Assembly (NCBI GenBank): GCA_964402035.1
Contig: CAYOAM010000002.1
Span: forward strand, 178,964 to 242,963
Direction: 5' to 3'
DNA: 64,000 nt
Source of the DNA: an uncultured Candidatus Saccharibacteria bacterium
GTDB lineage: Bacteria > Patescibacteriota > Minisyncoccia > Phycocordibacterales > UBA918
The notes below the pieces were generated by a model that was not told the origin of the DNA, searched no databases, and saw nothing but the letters and a program-made list of their open reading frames with translations. Below, piece after piece: positions 49,748-58,247 of the stretch; positions within the stretch are counted from its first letter, which is position 1; each line of letters begins with the position of its first letter. A program made the translations under genes and the position numbers.

Positions 49748-50151
49748 TCGTGGACTTCGTTGAAGATCGGATCAATGATCTCTACTGATCCGAAAAAATA
49801 TTTTGTGCTGTACCCCTGACAGGCATCGAACCTGCATCGTGCTTCTTATCTGGGTGTCTAATCCAGATGCACGGTTTTTCAAATTAAACTACAGGGGACT
49901 CACACATTAAAGAACAAGTCGGCGGACGATGTGTCGCGAACCGCTCGGTTGGAAGTTGGATTGCTCCGCAGTCCACCCGAAATGGGACACACCGTCCGCC
50001 AGGAGACGAGAAACGTTATTCAGGGGATTACCGCGGCTGCTGATACCCTGAACGTCTTCTCGCTCCTACAGAGGTTCTTCGCTGGCGTACAGCCAAACTT
50101 TGACGAACCTCTGTTTCAATATTTTTGTACAATCCTCAACGAAGTCCACGA
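49748..50151 (-). other. Intervening sequence in 23S helix 45 carrying rRNA-loop mimics and a tRNA-like domain
   Basis: Replaces the short H45 stem between GAACGCTCTCCTACC and CCGCAGTTTCGGT; closed by a 16-bp IR TCGTGGACTTCGTTGA/TCAACGAAGTCCACGA; no group I core. Confidence 0.85.
49811..49898 (-). ncRNA. tRNA-like scaffold with non-canonical extended anticodon arm
   Basis: CCCCTG/CAGGGG acceptor, TA-GTTT..AAAC D arm, GCAGG-TTCGATG-CCTGT T arm; anticodon replaced by ATCTGGATTAGACACCCAGAT. Confidence 0.7.
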
Positions 50152-51824
50152 ATCCGCAGTTTCGGTACTATGCTTGAGCCCCGATCATCTTCGGCGCAGA
50201 AACTCTCGACGAGTGAGCTGTTACGCTATCTTTAAAGGATGGCTGCTTCTAAGCCAACCTCCTCGCTGTCAATGAATTTCCACTTCCTCAAGACGCACTG
50301 AGCATAGATTTAGGGACCTTAACTGGCGATCTGGGCTGTTCCCCTTTTGACTGATGGAGCTTATCCCCCATAGTCTAACTGCCGCGCTATAACTCTCGGT
50401 ATTCGGAGTTTGATAGGTCCCACGAGATTTCTCCCTGTTGAGACCTTCCAGTGCTCTACCCCCAAGAGGACCACGCGACGCCAACCCAAAAGCTGTTTCG
50501 GAGAGAACCAGCTATTACGGAATTCGATTAGCTTTTCACTCCATACCACAAATCATCCGATGGTTTTGCACGGCCAACCGGTTCGGGCCTCCCCACATCT
50601 TTCGATGTGGTTCACCCTGTTCATGGCAAGCTCATCCCGCTTCGGGTCGTACTCTATCCCTATATTCGCGCTATTCACACTCGCTTTCGCTCTGCCTCCG
50701 GGGGTTCACCCCTTAGACGAAGGAATACAGTACACTCGCCGGCTCATTCTTCAATAGGCACGCGGTCACCAGGCTTGCGCCCAGCTCCCACTCTTTGTAA
50801 GCATACGGTTTCAGATCTATTTCACTGTCCTCACCGGACTGTTTTTCACCTTTCCCTCACGGTACTCGTTCACTATCGGTCTCTTGGAATATTTAGCCTT
50901 AGGAGTTAGTGCTCCCAGATTCATTCGAGCTATTCATGTCTCGAACTACTCAGGAACGGCAACAAGAAAGTGGTAGATAATTTCGCATACGGGACTATTA
51001 CCCACTGGGGTCACTCTTTCCAGAGTGTTCCGCTATCATCACCATTTATTTCTTTCCTCAACTAAATGACGTCGCCGCCCTACAACCCCGACCATGTAAA
51101 CACGATCGGTTTGGGCTTCTCCCGTTTCGCTCGCCGCTACTAAGGGAATTGCAAGTGTCTTCTTCCTGACCATAATGGCGTCGCGGTATTGCTACCGCGA
51201 CATTCGATCAGAAAGAAAACACCCTTTATTGCTTTCTTTTCCTCCGGGTACTGAGATGTTTCACTTCCCCGGGTACGCGACCAACAACAAGTGTTGGACC
51301 TCTATCGTAGATAGAGAGGTTTCCCCATTCGGACATTCTCGGGTCGCAGATTGCTTGGCATCTAACCGAGACTTATCGCAGCCATGCTACGTCCTTCATC
51401 GCTTCACAAGAGCCTAGGCATCCACCGTACGCTCTTCATTCCTGTAAGGAAGACCACACACCGTGTTGCAACATAGAATTTGTGACAATATGAAATTTGT
51501 TTTTCAAAATTTTGTTTCCTCAATGTTCACTCGTTCGGAAAAGAAAATGCAAGCACTTTCTTTTCCTCACTCGCTCCATTGAAAAGGAATACTACACATC
51601 TCCTGTCTTACAGATGGTTTTTCTTCCATTACCTAAATGCTAAACACCGCTGTTTAGTTTTCAATTATGTTGTTTCTCGCATGCAGCACATAGTTTTGGG
51701 AAAAGACCCGCAAAAACAAACATGCATTACATGCGATCCGTATGTGCAACAAACACACATACGATTTGCTCGTATACACCTACATGATATGAAATTGTCA
51801 ACGAACGGGTGTTTCCCTGAGGAC

Positions 51825-51944
51825 CAAAAAAGCCGCTTGAAGCGGCACAGAAATCCCAAACGAGATTCTATTCCGCTTAGGTCTTTAATTTGATACTCAT
51901 AAACACGTAGCCGCCAGTATATATGAGGGTGTGCAAACCGTCAA
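51825..51944 (-). promoter_or_regulatory. 23S rRNA promoter with leader hairpin + T-run
   Basis: TTGACG-17bp-TATACT (51916-51944); GCCGCTTCAAGCGGC-TTTTTTG. Confidence 0.7.
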
Positions 51945-52007
51945 CTATTTCTGCCCTCGTACCGCTTGATGATTTCTATAGGGCAAAAACTGACCTAAAT
52001 ACGAAAG

Positions 52008-52046
52008 GAAATGGCTGCTCTCCCAAGCGGGAGAGCAGCCATTTCA
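52008..52046 (-). terminator. Terminator-like hairpin
   Basis: GAAATGGCTGCTCTCCC-AAGC-GGGAGAGCAGCCATTTC. Confidence 0.6.
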
Positions 52047-52069
52047 AAGCCTAAAAACATCCTTTTGCA

Positions 52070-52708
52070 CTAAAACACCGCCGTCTGAGCTCGCAAGCTG
52101 TCCTTCACCCCGATACGATCAATCAAGATCTGGTGTGGGTAGTCAAAGACATCGCGCGTCAGCTTGTCATACATACCGAGTCGATAGCGAAAATCATCGG
52201 TCGTAAATGTGGCAAAACGAATACCAATACCAAGCTCTGCTTCAAGCGTACGCACTGCCGATTCTATCTTTCCTTGCTGGAGTTTGCTCGAAGCAATAAT
52301 GAGATCCAAGCGTCCATCAAAGGAACGGGTAAATATCCCCGACGTGACCAGAAGATCAATCTTCCCCCCCTTACGCATGTGGTGCAGCACCGTCTTGCTA
52401 TCAAGTGGAGCTGTTTCAAACAAGAAGGTCTGGAGTGGAATCAATTTTTCAAATTTAAGATTCAGTGCGTATCCCTGCACTCGGCGACGATTACCACTGT
52501 CAGTCGTAATCACCGTTTGCTTTTTTCGAATAATTTCAGCACGCTCAAGTATCGAAAGTTCGGTACGTGCCGTATGCCGCACCAGTCGCGCTCGATGCAA
52601 AATATCGTCCATACCAAAGACCATGGAGGGGTTAAAGAGAAAAAGTCGGAGCAATTTTATCGTCGCTGCATTCCCAAAAAGGATTGAGAGCCAGTCAGTA
52701 TTTTTCAT
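52070..52708 (-). CDS. Winged-HTH protein with degenerate nucleotidyltransferase-like C-terminal domain
   Basis: 'LFGNAATIKLLRLFLFNP...ELSILER', 'SGIF...LDLII'. Confidence 0.65.
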   Translation of the reverse strand: MKNTDWLSILFGNAATIKLLRLFLFNPSMVFGMDDILHRARLVRHTARTELSILERAEIIRKKQTVITTDSGNRRRVQGYALNLKFEKLIPLQTFLFETAPLDSKTVLHHMRKGGKIDLLVTSGIFTRSFDGRLDLIIASSKLQQGKIESAVRTLEAELGIGIRFATFTTDDFRYRLGMYDKLTRDVFDYPHQILIDRIGVKDSLRAQTAVF

Positions 52709-52810
52709 AACGCCAAGGGATTATAGCATAGGGGGTTTTAGATGGGCAGAGAGGGGGAAATAGAGCTTCAGACACAAACCATTTTCAAAGTATTAGAAAA
52801 TGTTCAATTC

Positions 52811-53599
52811 TTATTTCCGATGGTACGCATCCAAAGATCTCCTATACCCAGCAATTTGATGAGAGCGCTTTTCACATACTGGCGCCATTTTTTGCAACAC
52901 ACCCACTACGCTGCTGACTTGTGGCAGTGATTTGAGTTGATTATATGCAGGTAAAAGACTTTTCCCTACAGCATCTACCTGCACCCGAAGACGAGCTACG
53001 CTGTCAGTATCTTCCTTCAAGCTTCGTCCCGTACGCACGGGTGGAGCCTCTAAGATGCGCACAAATGTTTCCAGCGCTCGTGTCGCAGTTTGCGCATCGT
53101 TTCGCCCCCAAGCTTCATTGAGAATTCGAGAGATGCTCAGTAATTGAGTGAATGCATCTTCAGAAAAAATCGATGGCAATCTCCTGTCTTCTCGATCTTT
53201 TATAACAGAGGCGAGCCGTGAAATATGGAAAGCTATATCATCTATGTATCGACTCGATTCTTTAAAGATATCTCTCATTTCTAGAGATTGCGGCTGCGAC
53301 GCAGTCTCCATTTTGCTGCCCACCGTGGAAGGATTTGAAATACGCTTTTTCGCACGCAATTCTTCAATTTTTTCCCTAAGGCCAAATTGCTCGGTGTATT
53401 CAAGATCTATAACTCCCTTTCGCACCTGAGAAATTATCTCTACAAGATCATCAGCAGAATAGACCTTGCCATCAATTTTCACTCGCGCAATGGAGTCTAT
53501 AACTTCAATTAACTCATTGAAATTTTGCGTAGCAGCCACCGCCTCCTTAAGAGCTTCAGCGCTTTCAATACGTTTAGAATCCTGTTCTTTTTCAAACAT
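52811..53599 (-). CDS. Hypothetical helical protein with a shared ~60-aa N-terminal domain
   Basis: NFNELIEVI...LVEIISQVRKG...FGLREKI. Confidence 0.7.
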   Translation of the reverse strand: MFEKEQDSKRIESAEALKEAVAATQNFNELIEVIDSIARVKIDGKVYSADDLVEIISQVRKGVIDLEYTEQFGLREKIEELRAKKRISNPSTVGSKMETASQPQSLEMRDIFKESSRYIDDIAFHISRLASVIKDREDRRLPSIFSEDAFTQLLSISRILNEAWGRNDAQTATRALETFVRILEAPPVRTGRSLKEDTDSVARLRVQVDAVGKSLLPAYNQLKSLPQVSSVVGVLQKMAPVCEKRSHQIAGYRRSLDAYHRK

Positions 53600-53602
53600 A
53601 TA

Positions 53603-54784
53603 TTAATTTTTTGGAATCTTTCTTTGAAGATGGCGCACGTGCTGTACTGACCCTCTATGTATTATAGTAGCATTTTCTGCAAACGTTTTACCATTCTCCA
53701 TCACTACTTTTTCAGTGGAAATAGTCTTAAAATTGTTTTGATTCTGAAAGACAAGCATGTGCTCATCACCCCAGACAAGTCTCCCTTCCACAATTACATC
53801 AGCACCATCTTCTCGCACAGTAACATTTTCAGATCCAATGTTTGGGTAACCAACCCACACTCTGTTACCGAGGAAATTTTTATCCTGGGGAAACAATTGC
53901 ATGAAACATCTCCATTCAAAGTCTTTTATTTCTATATTTTCCTCCTTTTGCAAGCGTCCTTCGATCTCTTTCGCAACTAATTTTATAATTCCATGATGGA
54001 GCATTTCTGGCAACTGGGACAGCTCAGCGTTACCATTTCGAAACTGCTCAATTTGGTATATTAACTCTTTTCCAGATATAGTCTCTCCTGAGTTTTCAAA
54101 AGAGAAAGTCCGTAACAGATTGTAGAGTGACTCAAATGAACTCGCATTTTCAATATCTTTAATTTGTTGAACTTTGATATCTATCTCTTGGAATCTACGC
54201 AGTACTTCTGGGTCAGCGATGTTTAGATATAGATGCGGGACAGATTGCAGATTAAGTCTATATTCAGTGGTAAATCTCTGATCATATTCTGATTTTGCTC
54301 GCGCGTAGAATGCCTCCTCCTCATCGGTGAGAGGAGATAAGGGTATATTTTGTTGTTCTACCACTTCACTTTCAAATAACCCCTTCTTTATTTCCAAAGT
54401 GACGGAAGCTGAGTCAGACTCTGGATCTGGTGGTTGCACTGAATCTACATCGACAGCAACTGCACTCTCTTCATTACCATTTTTTGGAATTTCTAAAGCG
54501 ACCATAGCTTCTCGTGGCGGTGGAGGTTCAGGAGTTACTTTGTGTAATAAACTTGCCACTTTCTCACGCAGACCATGTGTTCGTGTTACATAATCTATGG
54601 TTAACTCCCCTCTTCTTACTCGGTCAATAATATTAATTAATTGCTCCGCAAAGTACATTGCTTGGGTGCCTCGAATAGGACAGACTCTTTCAAGTACTCT
54701 ATACAAATCCTCAAAATTACCCGACCTTTCAATTAGTTTTTCAGGTGACTCAGCCACTTCGTTCTTGCTGTGTTCAAAGTTCAT
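53603..54784 (-). CDS. Hypothetical protein with two copies of the same ~60-aa domain
   Basis: NFEDLYRVL...LINIIDRVRRG...HGLREKV and SFESLYNLL...LIYQIEQFRNG. Confidence 0.7.
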   Translation of the reverse strand: MNFEHSKNEVAESPEKLIERSGNFEDLYRVLERVCPIRGTQAMYFAEQLINIIDRVRRGELTIDYVTRTHGLREKVASLLHKVTPEPPPPREAMVALEIPKNGNEESAVAVDVDSVQPPDPESDSASVTLEIKKGLFESEVVEQQNIPLSPLTDEEEAFYARAKSEYDQRFTTEYRLNLQSVPHLYLNIADPEVLRRFQEIDIKVQQIKDIENASSFESLYNLLRTFSFENSGETISGKELIYQIEQFRNGNAELSQLPEMLHHGIIKLVAKEIEGRLQKEENIEIKDFEWRCFMQLFPQDKNFLGNRVWVGYPNIGSENVTVREDGADVIVEGRLVWGDEHMLVFQNQNNFKTISTEKVVMENGKTFAENATIIHRGSVQHVRHLQRKIPKN

Positions 54785-54881
54785 TCTCTAATTATACATC
54801 ACACAGATTTATAAAGTCACCTTCGCTTCCCCCCGTAAAATTGTTTCCCAAACAATTTTACCTAAGCATAATTCTTGTTAC

Positions 54882-55012
54882 ACAGAATTCTGCTGAGTGC
54901 TGTCGGGCCGGTCTCAACACGTCATAAGAAAAACAGTCCCCCGGACTGTTTTTCTTTGCGTGTTTCCGACTCAGAAGCTTTGAAGGCAACGAGTGACGGA
55001 ACTACTCTGCGA
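54882..55012. repeat. Palindromic intergenic element after rplL
   Basis: AAGAAAAACAGTCC-CCC-GGACTGTTTTTCTT inside a longer imperfect stem (AACACG/CGTGTT). Confidence 0.5.
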
Positions 55013-55015
55013 GAT

Positions 55016-55381
55016 TTACTTGAGCGTTACCTTGGCACCAGCTTCTTCAAGTTTCGCCTTCAACGCTTCTGCATCCTCCTTCTTCATACCTTCTTTCACC
55101 ACTGCTGGTGCGGCGTCCACCATGTCCTTTGCTTCTTTAAGTCCAAGACCGAGTACCTCCTTCACTACCTTGATAACAGCAATCTTTGTTGCGCCACCTT
55201 CAGTGAGCTCAACAGTAAAGGTGCTCTGTCCTCCTTCGTCGCCTCCACCCGCTGCTGCTGGAGCTGCTGCTGCAACAGCTGCTGCTGAAACTCCCCACTT
55301 CTCTTCAATCGCTTTAACGAGTGTATTAAGTTCAAGTACGGTCATCTTCTCTACTGCTTCAATAATTTGTTCTTGTGTCAT
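55016..55381 (-). CDS. rplL: 50S ribosomal protein L7/L12
   Basis: [27 protein letters not shown]. Confidence 0.98.
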   Translation of the reverse strand: MTQEQIIEAVEKMTVLELNTLVKAIEEKWGVSAAAVAAAAPAAAGGGDEGGQSTFTVELTEGGATKIAVIKVVKEVLGLGLKEAKDMVDAAPAVVKEGMKKEDAEALKAKLEEAGAKVTLK

Positions 55382-55462
55382 ACGAATAAGTTATATTTAA
55401 TTTTATTAGTCAATCTGAGTGCCCGTTCAAAAATCGCTATGTGGGTTTTTGAACCGAAAAAG

Positions 55463-55954
55463 CTATTTTGCTTTTTCTTCTGAAACCTTACTCAACACCA
55501 CTGCAAAACGCTGACGTGGTGAATTGATAAGCTGTGCGAACATGCCGCGGAGAACTGGTAATGCTGGGATCGATGCGATCTCAGTCATCTCTGCCTTGTT
55601 GCGGTACACTCCTGCGAACACGCCTCCAAGAATAGACACTGCATCCTTAAACTTCTTTTCAAATTCACGCACTTTTTGTGCAGGTGCAATCTGATCAGCG
55701 CTATAGGCAAGTGCTACTTCTCCCGGAAGTTCTGGCATCGTGCCTGTGTACCCTCCTTCGTCCAACGCGCGTCCGATTAAAGTCTTTTTTGCGACCAAGT
55801 ATCCGACACCATTTTCCCGAAACACTTTACGCATTTCAGTCGTCTCCTTTCCCTTAAGTCCGGTAAATTTTACGAAGACTAGTGTCTCTGCACTCTTGCG
55901 CGCAGCGACAAGTTTTCCTAAAATCTCCTGCTTTTTTGCTTTCGTAATAGCCAT
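55463..55954 (-). CDS. rplJ: 50S ribosomal protein L10
   Basis: MAITKAKK start at 55954, VAKKTL; upstream of rplL. Confidence 0.95.
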   Translation of the reverse strand: MAITKAKKQEILGKLVAARKSAETLVFVKFTGLKGKETTEMRKVFRENGVGYLVAKKTLIGRALDEGGYTGTMPELPGEVALAYSADQIAPAQKVREFEKKFKDAVSILGGVFAGVYRNKAEMTEIASIPALPVLRGMFAQLINSPRQRFAVVLSKVSEEKAK

Positions 55955-56014
55955 AGGTGTAGTTTGTAATAATAAAACAGATAGACTATTCGACCGTCCC
56001 GATACCATTAAAAG

Positions 56015-56095
56015 TAGTGGGATCTCGGCAGGGTACGCAACGCGTGTTTATTGGGTGAACCTTTCGACTCACACCGCCCTACTGTCTTTGATCTG
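56015..56095 (-). promoter_or_regulatory. L10 leader RNA
   Basis: AAGACAGTAGG...AATAAA...CCTGCCGAG upstream of rplJ. Confidence 0.75.
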
Positions 56096-56162
56096 TCGAG
56101 AGGTACTATATCAGAAAGATACAAAAAGAAAAGAGCGGCTCGCTTTAAACGAAACCGCCCAT

Positions 56163-56777
56163 CTACCACCCTCTACGAACCTTTCTAAATAAGAAGAGGT
56201 ACTGACCCGCTGAAACGATTGAAGCTACAAATGCTGCCACGAAGAGTATTTTTCCCACGTGTGTAATGGCCGCAAAATATTCATGGGCACCAAGGATCAG
56301 AAAACCGAGACTCACAAACAAGAGTCCTGTTTTCCATTGTGCCAAAAGAAGTACCGGGATCTTCTTTGCAAGATCTCGATACCACTCACGCAGAAACGAG
56401 ATCAGCATCTCCCGGCCAATAAGTCCGACAGAAATCCAAAACTCCCATCCACGTGGAGAGAGGTGAAAAGTCTCAACAATAAAGAGCAGTGCCAGAATTC
56501 CCAACACAAACCCTTTGTCGGTGAGTTCATCGAGCCTCTTTCCATTTGGAGAGAAGTCCTGCCGATGACGAGCAAGCCTTCCATCAATCCAGTCAGTAAT
56601 GGCAGCCAAGGCGAACAGCACGGACGCAAGGATCGGACTTACAAACATGTATGCCGCATAAATGATCGGCACCGACCATGCACGCGCCCACGACAAGCGA
56701 TCAGGAGTAATCCATCGAGGTGTCCCGTCAAGCATCTGTGCGTGTAATGCCTGCAATCGATCCTTAAGCGAGCTCAT
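56163..56777 (-). CDS. pgsA: CDP-alcohol phosphatidyltransferase (PgsA-like)
   Basis: TPDRLS, TDWIDGRLAR...G..LD.LTDK, RE. Confidence 0.8.
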   Translation of the reverse strand: MSSLKDRLQALHAQMLDGTPRWITPDRLSWARAWSVPIIYAAYMFVSPILASVLFALAAITDWIDGRLARHRQDFSPNGKRLDELTDKGFVLGILALLFIVETFHLSPRGWEFWISVGLIGREMLISFLREWYRDLAKKIPVLLLAQWKTGLLFVSLGFLILGAHEYFAAITHVGKILFVAAFVASIVSAGQYLFLFRKVRRGW

Positions 56778-56868
56778 GTAACCCCCTCATATGAAAACGC
56801 CACTCTGTTGTGACGTAGTGAACATTCTAAAGAAGAGACTACGTGGAAATAGAAGCTCTGTCAAAAAA

Positions 56869-57348
56869 TTATCCCTCCACTTCTTTTTTCATTTGTTCTG
56901 CTTTCCAGCCGATCATGTTGGCAAGGAGTTGGAGTATACTGCCCAGTCCCGCAACTGCAAGAAAGAGAATCGGAAAGTACGCATATGAGGTGAGGTAGTA
57001 AAAGAAAACAACGGTTGCACCCGCCCACATCCCGATGCACCACGGGCAGGACAGCAGATCCGCCAGAGTGCGGCGTGGTCCAGACTCTGGTTTTTCGAGT
57101 GTACGTTTTCCTCGAGCACTTTCCACCACATCATAAAACTGTTCACGGAAAAACGCGGTAATCTTGTCGTAGACAAAAAGTCGCGTGAGTCGCAGCGTCG
57201 CAAGCGAGAGTATGAGAAATTCCATGAGCGTAATCCCCCCCATCGGTCGTGATGCTTCGGATGAAAGTATGATCATCCCTGAAACGACAAACGACACAAA
57301 CAACAGCGAGAAGAGGACATTCCACACATATTGATCTGAAATGCGCAT
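56869..57348 (-). CDS. DUF1360 family membrane protein
   Basis: LATLRLTRLFVYDKIT, LLSCPWCIGMW. Confidence 0.85.
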   Translation of the reverse strand: MRISDQYVWNVLFSLLFVSFVVSGMIILSSEASRPMGGITLMEFLILSLATLRLTRLFVYDKITAFFREQFYDVVESARGKRTLEKPESGPRRTLADLLSCPWCIGMWAGATVVFFYYLTSYAYFPILFLAVAGLGSILQLLANMIGWKAEQMKKEVEG

Positions 57349-57540
57349 ACGAATACTTTATCTTATTCTGTACCAACAATAAACACAATGAACAGTGTGA
57401 CGGTGAGAACAGTGAGGAAACCAAAAAAGAACTTATAAAAAGTCTTGTTGAACAAATTCATAGGTATAGTATACAAGCACCCGTAGATTAATAGAAATTA
57501 TTAGAGCAAAAAATCTGGAGCTGAGATACGATTCAAAATA

Positions 57541-57882
57541 TTATTCTGCAATCAAAAGACCTGCTTTTTTGAGTGTTTCTAAAACTGTCACGCGATTTGC
57601 TCTTTGTATCAGACGCACATCGCGCACGCTCCAATCAAGAGAACGCAATTGATCCGCCAGTATGGCCCCCTGTATGTTTTTCTCCGCAACAAGCACTTCA
57701 AATGGGTACCCTTTTACTTTTGAAGTAATAGGACACATGAGCGCAAGGTGTGTTTTCTTGTTATACGATTTTGGAGATAGTACAAGCGCCGGACGAGTTT
57801 TTGATTGTTCATGACCACGTGTTGGGTTTAGATCCACCCACACTACATCTCCCCTATCGGGTATATACATTTTTTTTACCAT
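57541..57882 (-). CDS. mazF: MazF endoribonuclease toxin
   Basis: YIPDRGDVVWVDLNPTRGHEQ, RPALVLSP, CPITS, KGYPFEV, DQLRSLDW. Confidence 0.95.
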   Translation of the reverse strand: MVKKMYIPDRGDVVWVDLNPTRGHEQSKTRPALVLSPKSYNKKTHLALMCPITSKVKGYPFEVLVAEKNIQGAILADQLRSLDWSVRDVRLIQRANRVTVLETLKKAGLLIAE

Positions 57883-58121
57883 ACTTCATTTCCTTGTGGA
57901 GAGCCCCACTCAATCTCCGCGTGCAGATTTGAAGGTGAGATGCCCTTTAGAATATCCGCCAGACGAAAAGATCGATCGGGTGAAACAGCTGCAATATGAA
58001 TACCCGTTGCCGACGCGACCACTACGACACGACTCCCCTCCTTCAGGGATTTTTGTTCTACCACACTTTTTGGTAGACGAACCCCGAGGCTATTACCCCA
58101 TTTTTGGATGTTAGTTTCCAT
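57876..58121 (-). CDS. mazE: MazE (AbrB-fold) antitoxin
   Basis: IQKWGNSLGVRLPK, EIEWGSPQGNEVW; overlaps the mazF start. Confidence 0.93.
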   Translation of the reverse strand: METNIQKWGNSLGVRLPKSVVEQKSLKEGSRVVVVASATGIHIAAVSPDRSFRLADILKGISPSNLHAEIEWGSPQGNEVW

Positions 58122-58168
58122 AGCGTAAGTATATACAATGTATATCATCTGTCAAGCAATATTAGAAA

Positions 58169-58199
58169 CGCAAAAAGCCCCCTTTCGGGGGCTTTTTGC
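58169..58199 (-). terminator. Intrinsic terminator
   Basis: GCAAAAAGCCCCC-TTTC-GGGGGCTTTTTGC. Confidence 0.85.
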
Positions 58200-58247
58200 T
58201 CTCAAGCAAGAATATTACTTCATGCCGCGCTCACGTCTCTAGTTAGA

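Noticed and set aside
49811-49898. Functional decoding tRNA or tmRNA
   Set aside because: No 7-nt anticodon loop, no tag ORF and no G3-U70 alanine identity pair; kept only as tRNA-like.
49921-50000. GGCGGACGG as a further 16S (~100-110) mimic
   Set aside because: Only about 9 nt and part of a paired stem, so it could be chance.
49748-50151. Group I/II intron or protein-coding IVS (ORF 49931-50275)
   Set aside because: No P7 core or domain V seen; the ORF is antisense and runs into rRNA.
49205-51417. ORFs overlapping the 23S gene
   Set aside because: Shadow ORFs of rRNA.
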